Below are positions 1 through 11,877 of a DNA stretch of 64,000 nt, in pieces; position 1 is the first letter of the stretch; the number at the start of each line of letters is the position of its first letter. Source of the stretch: Squalus acanthias. Taxonomy: Eukaryota. The stretch lies in assembly GCA_030390025.1 (NCBI GenBank), contig CM059433.1, forward strand, positions 3,534,001 to 3,598,000, written 5' to 3'. Under the pieces are notes generated by a model, which was not told where the DNA came from, searched no databases, and saw only the letters and a list, made by a program, of their open reading frames with translations. The translations under genes were made by a program, and so were the position numbers.

Positions 1-28
1 CTCTAACTCTTTCTTTACTCCCCCACAG

Positions 29-1137
29 GACCATCGAAAGCCCCCATCCCCACTGTCCAGGAGGAACAGCCTGAGCCCCCAGACTCCTCAGAGGAAGCTG
101 CAACCTCTGAGGGCGCAGCGTCAGCAGAATTCAGCGCACCCAGCACCAGCGCAGACACTCACACCTCAGTGGGACCTTCACGAGATAGAGTAGAGTTTTC
201 ACCTGGTGTATCACAGATCACAAGTGAGCATCAGCAGATGGTGGAGACAGGGAAAGCAGTGGAGAGTCCTCGTCGGAGAGCGCAGGACTCTCCCAGCTCG
301 GCTCCGCTGCATGTCGACCCTGTGCCTCCGGGTCCATCCAGAAGAAGAGCGGTGCTGGAACTCCAGGAACAGGTGCAGGAGTCTCTGGCAGGTTTTGTCT
401 CCAGGGTCGCCGCGAGTGTGGAGCCAATGGAAGAGTCTATCGCGAACATGAGCAGAGCCTTTGTGGAGGCATTGGCGCATGAACGCTTCACCACGGAAAG
501 GATGGCAACCTGCGTGCAAAGGATGGCTACCTCCATGGTAAGGCTGGCTACCATAGAGGAGAGGATGGCTACGGTAGAGAAGAGGATGGCTACGGCCATG
601 GAGGAGCTTAGTCGCCAGGGTATTGAAAACATGGTGATTGTTCAGAATAGACTGACATCTCTTGAGGAGCGATGGTCAGCTATTGAACAGAGAAACCAGA
701 CCTTCATGGAAGTCCTCTGGAGTAGGACTTCCAGTGCAGAAACGGGTCCTCATGGCCCCCCTGAAGTGCAGCAAGGTGCTGTCAAGCCACTTGCTAGCTC
801 TGAAGTGGGGCTGACCCATGAGAGGGATGTTGGTGGCAGAGAACAAGGAAGTGGGGGCTCCTCTCCAAGCGCTCACATGACCATGCCACTGCAGAGCCCT
901 CGGTCAGAGCCCTACCAGAGTCCTCACCCAACTGAGAATGGCGTCTCAGCCCCTGCACAGCCGCAGGAGCAGCAGACTGTTGCTGAGCCCTCACAGGCTC
1001 GCAACCCCAGAGGACGCCCGCCAAAGGTGTCAAGACAGGAGCAGCAAGAAAGTGAGCAAGGGGCCTCCACATCTGCTGAAGCCACAGGGGAAGCACCATA
1101 TAGGAGCACGCGTAAGAGGAAGATAAAGCACAAGTAG
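29..1137 (+). CDS. Last coding exon of the Myb/SANT-like accessory gene of a PIF/Harbinger transposon (the N-terminal Myb exons would lie upstream of the window)
   Basis: Polypyrimidine tract plus CAG acceptor ending at 28; open frame from 31 (PSKAPIP...STSADTHTSVGP...) to TAG at 1137; heptad coiled-coil region, PRGRP motif and basic C-terminus; convergent with a HARBI1-like 3' remnant, which is the typical Harbinger two-gene layout. Confidence 0.65.
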
Positions 1138-1395
1138 TCACAAGGGTAGTCACTTGGGTGTTCTGCTGTGTTTATTTTTGAAAAGCCATCCGTGAATTGT
1201 GATGATAAACAAATTTGATGGCAAACTGTTGAAGTTGTGGCCTGTGTCATTTCGCAAATGGGGCATCCACATTGCGGCCTTAGGGCGACTTGCAATTGTC
1301 AGTATGGTGGTCAGAGTGATAGGAATCCGCAGGTTCTTTGCCATTGTCGATGCTCTGGTAAGAAGGTGCGAGGCAAAAGTGTTTGATTGTGCAGG

Positions 1396-1676
1396 CTAAG
1401 CAAATCTGGCCAAGCTGAGTGCGTCCCTTGCATCCCGGGCAGCAATGTGCTCGCATGCTGGTGCCGCTGGTTGATGTGCCTCCGTAACCTGTTCATTGTC
1501 GGTGTCCTCCTCCTCCTCCTCATCTGAGGAGGCTATGCGATCAGCCACTTGTACCTCAGACAGCTGCAAGCCACAATGCTGTGCCATTTTGTGCAGTGCA
1601 CAGCAGACCACGACGATTCTGGGAACCCTGGCTGCTGAGTACTGCAGGGCTCCACCTGATCTATCAATAGTGGTCA
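1396..1676 (-). pseudogene. C-terminal remnant of a Harbinger (HARBI1-like DDE) transposase
   Basis: Translation IDRSGGALQYSAARVPRIVVVCCALHKMA...acidic tract...ARDALSLARFA* resembles the HARBI1-type C-terminus; truncated by a Penelope-like insertion at ~1677. Confidence 0.8.
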
Positions 1677-2430
1677 TGATGCGGAGATGCCAGCGTTGGA
1701 CTGGGGTGGACAAAAATGAGAAGTCGCACAACACCAGGTTATAGTCCAACAGATTTATTTAAAATTACAAGCTTTCGGAGCTATCCTGCCCCTTCTTCAG
1801 GTAAAGTTACTGTGAGAGAATCTACAAGAATTCACAGAATATAAACACAGAGAAAATGCAGAGATTCAATCTTTCCCTACATCAAAGACACACTAAGAGC
1901 ACAGCCAAGACAATGAGATGTGTCCCAGGGGGTCCAACATGTCAAAACACCTGCTGGCTGCATATCCTCTCCATTTGGGTTTGTTTTTTGTGTTTGTTTC
2001 TTGTGTTTGTTTTTTTTTAAAACTGGAAAGACAGACAACGATGTCAAGTCACGTTCTGTAGCGTGACATGAACCCGATATCCCTATTGAGGCCCTCCTCA
2101 TGAGTGTGGAACTTGGCTATCAGTTTCTGCTCGATGATTTTGCGCTGTCGTGTATCCCGAAGGCCGCCTTGGAGAACGCTAACCCGCAGATCCGAGGCTG
2201 AATGCCCCTGACTGCTGAAGTGTTCCCCGACTGGGAGGCAACCATCCTGTCTGGCGATTGTTGCGCGGTGTCCGTTCATACGTTGTCTCAGTGTCTGCAT
2301 GGTCTCGCCGATGTACCATGCTCTGGGGCATCCTTTACTGCAACGTATCAGGTAGACAATGTTGGCCGAGTCACATGAGTATGTACCATGTACCTGGTGG
2401 GTAGTTTTACCATTATTCACGGGGGTGCAA
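1677..2430 (-). mobile_element. 5'-truncated Penelope-like retroelement: GIY-YIG endonuclease end (2049-2430), 3' UTR and pLTR (1677-1810)
   Basis: ORF contains CDSANIVYLIRC..C...YIGET...LRQRMNGHR...EQKLI...GLN (GIY-YIG motifs); the terminal segment is shared with 5054-5276 and 43583-43791. Confidence 0.9.
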
Positions 2431-2680
2431 GCCATTTGACGGATTCCGAAGAGCGAGGGAGGAAGTTAAAGTTGGTGGTGAGGGTACAAAGTTTGTGGTG
2501 GGGGCTGAAGCCAAACCAGTCTTCCCAATGTGTAGCCAGAGGAAATTGCAGCTTATCCAAGCCTGGATGTCAGATATGCAGCCTGATAGCAGAGAGACAG
2601 TGGAGGGGTGGAGAGGGGTGGGGATATCATCAGCGTCCCTGTGGAAGCTGACTCCATGTCTGTAGATGAAGTCACCAATG
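2431..2680 (-). mobile_element. Degenerate L2-like LINE RT fragment
   Basis: Minus strand reads GDFIYRHGVSFHRDADDI, a decayed version of the L2 GDII.RHGVSFHMYADDT motif. Confidence 0.55.
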
Positions 2681-3465
2681 ACTAGTTACCTGAGAGATTA
2701 CGAGGCCTTATGTTTTAGCTGCTGGGACTAACGACGTCTTTATACCAGTAGCTGCAGTATAAGAAAAATCGAAACAAAGACAAAGGCCAACAGTGGTGCT
2801 GCCAAGCCGGTCTGGTTTGGTGGGTGGCTTCCTCTTTTTTTTCTGGAAAAATCTGTTTCTACTTGCCTGCTTCTTAAACTAATAATTGCTCTGTACTTTT
2901 GAATGGATTATTAATTTGGCTTTATTTGCTAATAACAGTCGTCATTTCATTGAACAAAAGAGTTAGCAAGCTTGGAAAAGTAAGAGCTGGAGTGGGAGCC
3001 AAGACAACAGTCAGACCAGGAATGTAAGCTGGAGATGACAGAGTCTACACAGCACTTTTACATAAAATTGATGGGATTCTTGCCATATTGCACACAGTGC
3101 TGTAAAATGCTAATTAGCTGACTCTTAACGAAGATGTTCTGGTGAGGTTCCTGCAGCTCCCTGAGAAAGTCTGCTTCGAATGGAATGTCATGTCAATGGA
3201 AGATTGGGAATTAATTTAAGATGTTTACATCATTCTTCTCTGCATGAAAACTACACCAAAAAAAAAGAAAGATGGGAATTTGCATTTACCACCAAGCAGA
3301 CAATAGTAAATTCAACAGGACTTTTGGTCCCAATTTGCTCCATCATCTTCTGTAAGAAACTAGTGTCGAGATCTCTGGGCACAGGCTGCCCTTCCGTGCC
3401 TCAGCCTACTGGCTATTCTTCATAGCTGAGCCTGGACACTGAGCATGTACAAGTTATTTGACCAT

Positions 3466-3830
3466 GGGTGTCAGCTGTGGCTCAGTGGTAGCTCTTTCAC
3501 CTCCGAGTCAGAAGGTTGTGGGATCCAAACCCACTCCATGGGACTCGAACGCATGATCTCGATTAACACTTCTGTGCAGTGCTGGTGGAGTGCTGCACTG
3601 TGGGAGGATGTCAAACATCTCATGGCACTATTTTGGCGAAGAGCAGGGGGGTTCTCTCTCGTGTCCTGACCAATATTTATCCCTTAATCAACATCACCAA
3701 AACAGATTGTCTGGTCATTATCACATTGCTGTTTGTGGGAGCTTGCTGAGTGCAATTTGGCTGCTGTATTTGTTACATTACAACAGTGACTACACTGAGA
3801 TCATGAAAGGTACTATATAAATGCAACTTC
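3466..3830 (+). mobile_element. SacSINE1-type DeuSINE (degenerate)
   Basis: tRNA-like head (gtggctcagtggtagc), Deu-type body (gaagagcagggg...attgctgtttgtgggagcttgctg) and tail tatataaatgcaa; homologous to 11174-11641. Confidence 0.8.
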
Positions 3831-4011
3831 ACAACCAAGTTTGTCAACCCCCAACATCTGTACATTCAGTGGGATTCCTGACTGATTTCTGCATTCCGAC
3901 CCCCAGTGCTGGAATGAGAGGCTGGTTGTAGCAGCATCACTGCTGTCCCCGGTGAGATAAAGGCCGCATAGTTTTAGCATCGCTATCACTTGACAGCACT
4001 TCCTGACTAAG

Positions 4012-4385
4012 ATTTAAGAACATAAGAACATAAGAAATAGGAGCAGGAGTAGGCCAATCGGCCCCTCGAGCCTGCTCCACCATTTAATAAGATCATGGCT
4101 GATCTGATCCTCACCTCAAATCTAAAGAACACAAGAAGTAGGAGCAAGACCTGGCCACTCAGCCCCTGGGCCCGCTGCGCCACCCACAGGGCCTCGACCG
4201 ATCCGAACTCAGCCTCATGTCCAATTTCCTGCCCGCTCCCCGTAACCCCTAATTCCCTTTACTTCTAGGAAACTGTCTATTTCTGTTTTAAATTTATTTA
4301 ATGATGTAGCTTCCACAGCTTCCTGGGGCAGCAAATTCCACAGACCTACTACCCTCTGAGTGAAGAAGTTTCTCCTCATCTCATC
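4012..4385 (-). mobile_element. CR1 LINE 3' end with long 3' UTR
   Basis: EMRRNFFTQRVVGLWNLLP...GYGERAGNWT; (aagaacat)n tail; same family as 45677-47912. Confidence 0.9.
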
Positions 4386-4429
4386 ATTTAAAACCATGGT
4401 AGTGGATTACCAACCCTTAACAGCAAACA

Positions 4430-5350
4430 TACATACAGACATCGGATATACGGCACAGAAACAGGCCATTCGGCCCAACCAGTCCATGCCGGCGATTATG
4501 CTTCACTCGAGCCTCCTCCCGTCTTTCCTCATCTCAATCTATCAGCATAACCCTCTATTCCCTTCTCCCTCATATGCTTGTCCAGCCTCCCCTTAAATGC
4601 ATCTATACTATTCGCTTCAACCACTCCCTGTGGTAGCGAGTTCCACATTCTCATCACTCTCTGGGTAAAGAAGTTTCTTCTGAATTCCCTATTGATTTCT
4701 TGGTGACTATCTTATATTGATGGCCGCTAGTTATGCTCTTCCCCACAAGTGGAAACATTCTCTCTGTATCCACTCTATCAAAACCTTTCATAATTTTATA
4801 GACCTCTATTAGGTCACCCCTCTGCCATCCTTTGCTGAAATGTATACCTCGCATTTCTGGTATCATCCTTGTAAATCTTCTCTGCACCCTCTCCAGTGCC
4901 TCTATATCCTTTTTATAATATGGCGACCAGAACTGCACGCAGTACTCTTAGTATGGTCTAACCAAGGTTCGATACAGGTTTAGCATAACTTCCCTACTTT
5001 TCAATTCGATCCCTCTAGAAATAAACCCTAGTGCTTGGTTTGCATTTTTAATGATGCGGAGATGCCGGTGTTGGACTGGGGTGGACAAAAATGAGAAGTC
5101 GCACAACACCAGGTTATAGTCCAACAGATTTATTTAAAATTACAAGCTTTCGGAGCTGTCGCCCCTTCGTCAGGCAAAGGACTGTACCTTCACCTGACGA
5201 AGGAGCAGCGCTCTGAAAGCATGTAATTTTACATAAATCTGTTGGACTATAACCTGGTGTTGTGCGACTTCTCATTTTTGCATTTTTAATGGCTTTGCTA
5301 ACCTGTGTCGCAACTTTTAGTGATTTGTGTATTTGTACTCCGAGATCCAT
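4430..5350 (-). mobile_element. CR1 LINE 3' fragment interrupted by a Penelope-like fold-back element
   Basis: QFWSPYYKKDIEALERVQRRFTRMIP and DLGVQIHKSLKV lie either side of the insertion. Confidence 0.85.
5054..5276. mobile_element. Penelope-like pLTR fold-back insertion with 15-bp TSD
   Basis: Inverted pLTR arms with a short spacer; TTTGCATTTTTAATG is duplicated at 5039-5053 and 5277-5291. Confidence 0.85.
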
Positions 5351-6167
5351 TCTAGCACCATCAGAATGAGTCAATCCTTCATTATAACTGTGCAGGCATT
5401 CGAAGTCCAGCTACACGAAGTGTTATTTGATTCTGCTGTGTTACTAATACTTCATCTTTATAGGTTAAATTTTCTTAGGGCTTCTCCCACTTGGCCGCTG
5501 TAATTTTAGTGGAAATCCTGTTTACGCATGTGTGTGTGTGTGCGTGTATATTATTATTTTATTTTTTGAATACATAAGGTCGATCCACAGTGAGTTTTCA
5601 ACATTCAGGAACACATTTTTATTACTATGATCTGTTACGATTATATTTCAGACTTTGTTTTTGCAATGCTTGATTCTCTATTATAATGCAGTCTGGATTT
5701 AGAGGTACATTGCCAGCTGTGACATCATTGCACATGTTATTCAATGCAAAGATGATTTTGATTTAGCTTATTAATAAAATCAGGAGCCAGAGGAAAAAAT
5801 AGCTAGTATCTTCCAGAATGGAACATTAGGGAAAACACAGGACACAGGGTCAGTTTCCATCGTGGGAAATAGCTTCATTGAGCAAAAACTGGATGCACAA
5901 GTGATTAGCCTTTTTTTTAAACTGGAAATGTGCAGCAGGACAATCAGCACCCGACAGAGAGAGGTTGTAATCCTTCATCAACGTTGGCTAGTTCCGCTGA
6001 AGGGTTACACCTGAATACCAAATACCTCCGGGGACTCCGCTAACCCCCCGCCACTGTCACAGGCTCTGTCATTTCTTCATTCGGAAGGAGCTTTCTGGTC
6101 TTCGTTCTTGGGAAATTAGACTAATTTATTTAAAATGCTGAAGGTGTAACTTTCTGAGTCCACACTT

Positions 6168-6725
6168 AGAACATAAGAACATAAGAAATAGGAGCAGGAG
6201 CAGGCCATTTGGCCCCTCGAGCCTGCTCCGCCATTCAATGAGATCTTGGCTGATCTGATCTTGGGCTCAGCTCCACTTCCCTGCCCGCTCCCCATAACCC
6301 ATCACTCCCTTATTGTTCAAAAATCTGTCCATCTCCACCTTAAATATATTCAATGACCTAGCCTCCACAGCTCTCTGGGGCAGAGAATTCAACAGATTTA
6401 CAACTCTCGGAGAGAAGAAATTCCTCCTCATCTCAATTTTAAATGCATGACCCTTTATTCTGAAACTATGCTCCCTAGTTCTAGATTCCCCCATGAGGGG
6501 AAACATCTTCTCTGCATCTACCTTGTCGAGCCCCCTCAGTATTTTATATGTTTCAATAAGATCACCTCTCATTCTTCTAAACTCCAATGAGTATAGGCCC
6601 AACCTACTCAACCTTTCTTCATAAGTCAACCCCTTCATCTCAGGAATCAACCTCGTGAACCTTCTCTGAACTGCCTCCAATGCGAGTATATCCCTCCTTA
6701 AATAAGGAGACCAAAACTGCACTCT
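6168..6725 (-). mobile_element. CR1 LINE 3' end
   Basis: VQFWSPYLRRDILALEAVQRRFTRLIP...GYGERAGKWS; (aagaacat)n tail. Confidence 0.9.
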
Positions 6726-6979
6726 AGTGGGAGCCTCACCACCATTTGGGTGGAATATCATGGACAGTCAATGCCGGAACTTCCAATATGCACCCCCTTT
6801 GTGGAGGGATTTCCCATGTGAGGAATTTCCTCTGCCCGTGCATCCTTACTGTACCTTGGTGGAAGTGGGTCCCATTGAGGTCTCCAGGCTGAGTCGTGAT
6901 CTAGAGGATTCCAGGTGTCCTTCTTTAGCCTGCTTGGATCGGCCTTCCTATGGAGGGGGCTAACCTGCTGAAGGGGGTT

Positions 6980-8014
6980 GGCAGGCTGTAGCTAGTGGGG
7001 TACCGCAAGGATCAGTGCTTGGGCCTCAGCTATTCACAATCTACATCAATGATTTGGATGAGGGGACCAAATGTAATATATCCAAGTTTGCTGATGGTAC
7101 AAAGCTAGGTGGGAATGTAAGTTGTGAGGAGGATGCAAGGAGGCTTCAAGGGGATATAGACAGGCTAAGTGAGTGGGCAAGAACATGGCAAATGGAATAT
7201 AATGTGGAGAAATGTGAAGTTATCCACTTTGGTAGGAAAAATAGAAAAGCAGAGTATTTTTTAAATGTTGAGAGATTGGGAAATGTTGGTGTTCAGAGGG
7301 ACCTGGGTATCCTTGTACACGAATCACTGAAAGTTAACATACAGGTACAGCAAGCAATTAGGAAAGCAAATGGTGTGTTGGCCTTTATTACAAGAGGGTT
7401 TGAGTATAAGAGTAAAGACGTCTTACTGCAACTATATAGGGCCCTAGTGAGACCACACCTGGAGTATTGTGTACCGTTTTGGTCTTCTTACCTAAGGAAG
7501 GATATACTTGCCGTAGAGGGAGTGCAGCGAAGGTTCACCAGACTGGTTCCTGGGATGGGGGGGATTGTCCTATGAGGAGAGATTAAGTAAACTCGGCCTA
7601 TATTCTCGAGAGTTTAGAAGAATGAGAGGTGATTTCATTGAAACATACAAAATTCTTACTGGGCTTGACAGGGTAGATGCAGGGAGGATGTTTTCCCCTG
7701 GCTGGGGAATCTAGAACCAGGGGGTCACAGTCTTAGAATAAGGGGTCGGCCATTTAGGACTGAGATGAGGAGAAATTTCTTCACTCAGAGGGTGGTGAAT
7801 CTTTGGAATTCTCGACCCCAGAGGGCTGTGGATGCTCAGTTGTTGAGTATATTCAAGACAGAGATCGATAGATTTTTGGATATTAAGGGAATCAAGGGAT
7901 ATGGAGATAGTGCAGGAAAGTGGAGATGAGGTAGAAGATGAGCCATGATCTGGTTGAATGATGGAGCAGGTTCGAAGGGCCAAATGGCCGACTCCTGCTC
8001 CTATTTCTTATGTT
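6980..8014 (+). mobile_element. 5'-truncated CR1 LINE (RT C-terminal half, frameshifted)
   Basis: GVPQGSVLGPQLFTIYINDLD...KFADGTK; 3' UTR ending ctatttcttatgttc. Confidence 0.9.
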
Positions 8015-8408
8015 CTCTGCTTGCCCTTTGGAGGGAACTGCCAATGGCCTCCCCAAGTGGCCATTTGGCACTGTGTTTCCTAATGCCCTCCTGTAGCAGG
8101 TGCACAAGTTGGGCCCATACTGGCACAGGCACTCGTCAAGCATATACGGAGTGGTCGATTTCGCCCTGAGCTTGGATATTCCGCAGGGTCAGCAGCAGAG
8201 GTCAACGGTGCTCACTCCACTGCAGTTACACCAGCCAACAAGGAGCAAGGATTTTAGGCCCAATTATTATTCATGCAAAGTTATTTGGTAAAGAAGGAAA
8301 AATGCAAATTATTCCTTAAGTTGTGGGGTTTTGGTTCTCAGCATAAAAATCCACCCTCTATCCTAAATAGTCAGTTCACATCATAATTGTAGGGTAAAGC
8401 CTGCTTTA

Positions 8409-9093
8409 TTGAGCACATAAAGCTAGGCTGACACTCCAGTGCAGTGCTGAGGGAGTGCTGCACTGTCGGAGGTGCCGTCTTTTGGATGAGACGTTAAACC
8501 GAGGCCCCGTCTGCCCTCTCACAGGTGGATGTAAGAGATTCCATGGCACTATTTCGAAGAAGAGCAGGGGAGTTCTGTCCAATATTTCGCCCTCATCATC
8601 ACTAAAACAGATTCTCTGGTCATTATCACATTGCTGTTTGTGGGAGCTTGCTGTGCGTAGATTGGCTGCCACGTTTCCCACATTCACAGAATCCCCACAG
8701 TGCAGATAGAGGCCATTTCGGCCCATTGAGCCTGCACCGACACATATCCCACCCTATCCCCACGTATTTAATCCCCCTAACACTAAGGGTCAATTTATCA
8801 TAGCCAAATCAACCTAACCCGCACATCTTTGGACTGTGGGAGGAAACCGGAGCACCCGGAGGAAACCCACGCAGACACGGGGAGAATGTGCAAACTCCAC
8901 ACAGACAGTCACGTGAGGCCGGATTCGAACCCGGGTCCCTGGCGCTGTGAGGCAACAGTGCTAACCACTATGCCACCGTGTTACCCACTTTCCAACAGTG
9001 ACTCCACTTCAAAAATACTTCATTGGCTGTAAAGCGCTTTGAGACGTCCTGAGGTCGTGAAAGGCACTATATAAATGCAAGTCTCTCTTCTTT
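8409..9093 (+). mobile_element. SacSINE1-type DeuSINE (head missing) hosting an HE1-type SINE
   Basis: Body homologous to 11174-11641; resumes at ~8990 after the insertion and ends in ggcactatataaatgcaagtc. Confidence 0.85.
8686..8985 (-). mobile_element. HE1-type V-SINE (tRNA-derived, CR1-like tail)
   Basis: Minus strand shows A/B boxes (ggtggcatagtggttagc...ggttcgaatcc), V-domain tgtgtggagtttgcacattctccccgtgtctgcgtgggtttcctccggg and a CR1-like 3' end. Confidence 0.85.
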
Positions 9094-9192
9094 CTATTGC
9101 TTCTCTCTCTCTGAAAGATATTACAATTGTATTCATTTGGTTCAGAACTTTGCGCCTGTAATCATGCAGGAAACATGGAAGTGAGGCAGATT

Positions 9193-10085
9193 ATCATAGA
9201 ATCATCGAAATTAACAGCACAGAAGGAGGCCATCCAGCCAATCTTGTTCGTGCCGGCCGACAAAGAGCGATCCAGCCTAATCCCACTTTCCAGCACTTGG
9301 TCCGTAGCCCTGAAGGTTACGGCACTTCAAGTGCGCATCCAAGTACTTTTTAAATGTGATGAGGGTATCTGCCTCTACCACCCTTTCAGGCAGTGAGGTC
9401 CAGACCCCCACCACCCTCTGGGTGAAAACATTTCTCCTCAAATCCCCGCTAAACCTCCGACCAATTACTTTAAATCTATGCCCCCTGGTTATTGACCCTT
9501 CTGCTAAGGGAAATAGGTCCTTCCTATCCACTCTATCTGGGTCCCTCATCATTTTATACACCTCAATTAGGTCTCCCCTCAGCCTCCTCTGTTCCAAAGA
9601 AAACAACCCCAGCCTATCCAATCTTTCCTCATAGCTAAAATTCCCCAGCCCAGGCAACGTCCTCGTAAATCTCCTCTGCACCCCCTCTAGTGCAATCACA
9701 TCCTTCCTGTAATGTGGTGACCAGAACTGCATGCAGTACTCTAGCTGTGGTCTAACTAGTGTTTTATACAGTTTAAGCATAACCTCCCTGCTCTTATATT
9801 CTATGCCTCGGCTAATAAAGGCAAGTATTCCGTATGCCTTCTTAACCACCTTACCTACCTGTCCTGCTACCTTCAGGGATCTGTGGACATGCACTCCAAG
9901 GTCCCTCTGATCTTCTGCACTTCTCAGTATCCTACCATTTATTGTGTATTCCCTTGCCTTGTTAGCCCTCTCCAAATGCATTACCTCACACTTCTCCAGA
10001 TTGAATTCCATTCTGTTCTGCCCACCTGACCCATCCATTGATATCTTCCTGCAGTCTACAGCTTTCTTCTTTATTATCAACCATT
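9193..10085 (-). mobile_element. CR1 LINE 3' fragment
   Basis: MEFNLEKCEVMH...RPQLEYCMQFWSPHYRKD...GYGPSAGKWD. Confidence 0.9.
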
Positions 10086-11173
10086 ATCTTTGATTTTTTT
10101 TTTTGCTTTACTGAGAGAATGCTTCTAAGAGTCTGTTTATTCAATAATTGTAGTGTGCCTGACTTGAGGAAATCACTTCAGTGGTGAATAAAAATAGTTT
10201 TTTGTCACACTTGGCCACCTCCTGTGCCTCACCAAGATGAAGAGAATAAATGAGAGACGCAGGTGAAGAAAAGGTAATGAATGCAAAAATGCAACACACA
10301 GAATTGAACCGGCCAGATTGATAATGGAAAACTAAGTGCCGAATCCTGTTCCCCGTGATCGATACATAAAACTTCCATTAATGTACGTGTTTTATGCAAG
10401 TACAAAGGATGGTCAGTCTCCATAAGGCATGAAACTATTAGATAATGGAAAGACGGGATGTTCAGACATACTGCGACAGTGCAGCAAGCACTCCTCTCCA
10501 CCGACTGATTTCTCTCAACACCCTAAGATATGATACTTATTTTATCTGCTACAGAAGCATAAATAGCCGAGTGAATGATCACAAATTCGAACCTCAAACT
10601 GCCTAGCACTGAGTCCAATGCCCAACCAACTGTGCTACCTGACCTATTGGCACCCATATTCTTTGGGGTATATAAACAGTTCCATCGGCATTATAGTACC
10701 ATTCTAATTACTTGCACTTGTGCCTCTGAATATTTGAACATTTACAAGTGTTGATAAGTTGCCATCTGGGGCATTATTGACTTTATTTTACGATTTATAA
10801 TTTATGGAACATAATAACTCTTACACCACGCAACCTTTTGAGTCATTGTCAAATCCTGAGGGGGGGATAAAAAACATCGCTCACTGGAAAATAAATGGAA
10901 GCCAAACTCCCTTTGGTATTGTTGGACTGCAATGGCCTGACTGCCAGTGCACAAAGAGCATCTGGAATGACACTGTGATGGCATCCTGAAGGCTGCAAAT
11001 TTTAGGTTAGCTATTTTTGCGGAGTTGGATTGAAAGCTGTTTGGGAAACGTAGTTCACTCAGTATTAAGTGTGTTACATATTGTGGAGAACCAGCACGTA
11101 ACAAGGAAGGAAGTGCTGTAAACTGCTGAGTGCACAACCACCTCCATTATTCAAAGAAAACTGATATATAATC

Positions 11174-11641
11174 GGTGTTTCAGCCGTGGCTCAGTGGGTA
11201 GCACACTCACCTTCTTGAGTCAGTGAAGGTTGTGGGTTCAAGTTCCCACTCCAGGGACTTGAGCACATAAAGCTAGGCTGACATTTCAATGCAGTGCTGA
11301 GGGAGTGCTGCACTATTAGAGGTACTGTCATTCAAATGCAACATTAAACCAAGGCCCTGTCTGTTCTCTCAGGTGGATGTAAATGATCCCATGGCCACTA
11401 TTTCGAAGAAGAGTAGGAGAGTTATCCCCGGTGTCCTGGGCAATATGTATCCCTCAACCAACATAACAAAAACAGATTATCTGGTCATCATCACATTGCT
11501 GTTTGTGGGAGCTTGCTGTGTGCAAATTGGCTGCCAGGTTTCCTACATTACAACAGTGACTGTACTTCATTGGCTGTAAAGCGCTTTGTAGATGTCCGGT
11601 GGTCGTGAAAGGCGCTATATAAATGCAAGTCTTTCTTTTTT
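11174..11641 (+). mobile_element. Full-length SacSINE1-type DeuSINE
   Basis: tRNA-like head with A and B boxes (gtggctcagtggg, ggttcaag), Deu-type body, tail ggcgctatataaatgcaagtctttc. Confidence 0.85.
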
Positions 11642-11877
11642 ACAATACCGGCGTTTAGTTACCCTTAAATAGTGGCAGACCGTCGGGCTATCAGTATGCC
11701 AGTTGCGAAACACCTCTGCTGCACTTGGACATCTTTATATTTGTATTTAACCTCATTCTGAATTTCCAATAGGAGCAAATTTTGTTAACTTCATCTGAAG
11801 CTTGCTGTTGGTTCCTTGGGCAATAACTCAAGGTGAAATCAGTAGAAAGGGAAAACAGAATCCCTCTAATTAGCCCC

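Noticed and set aside
11174..11260. tRNA-like sequences (also ~3470, ~8910-8985, ~23595-23667, ~26675)
   Set aside because: These are SINE heads continuous with SINE bodies; no complete cloverleaf, so not called tRNA genes.
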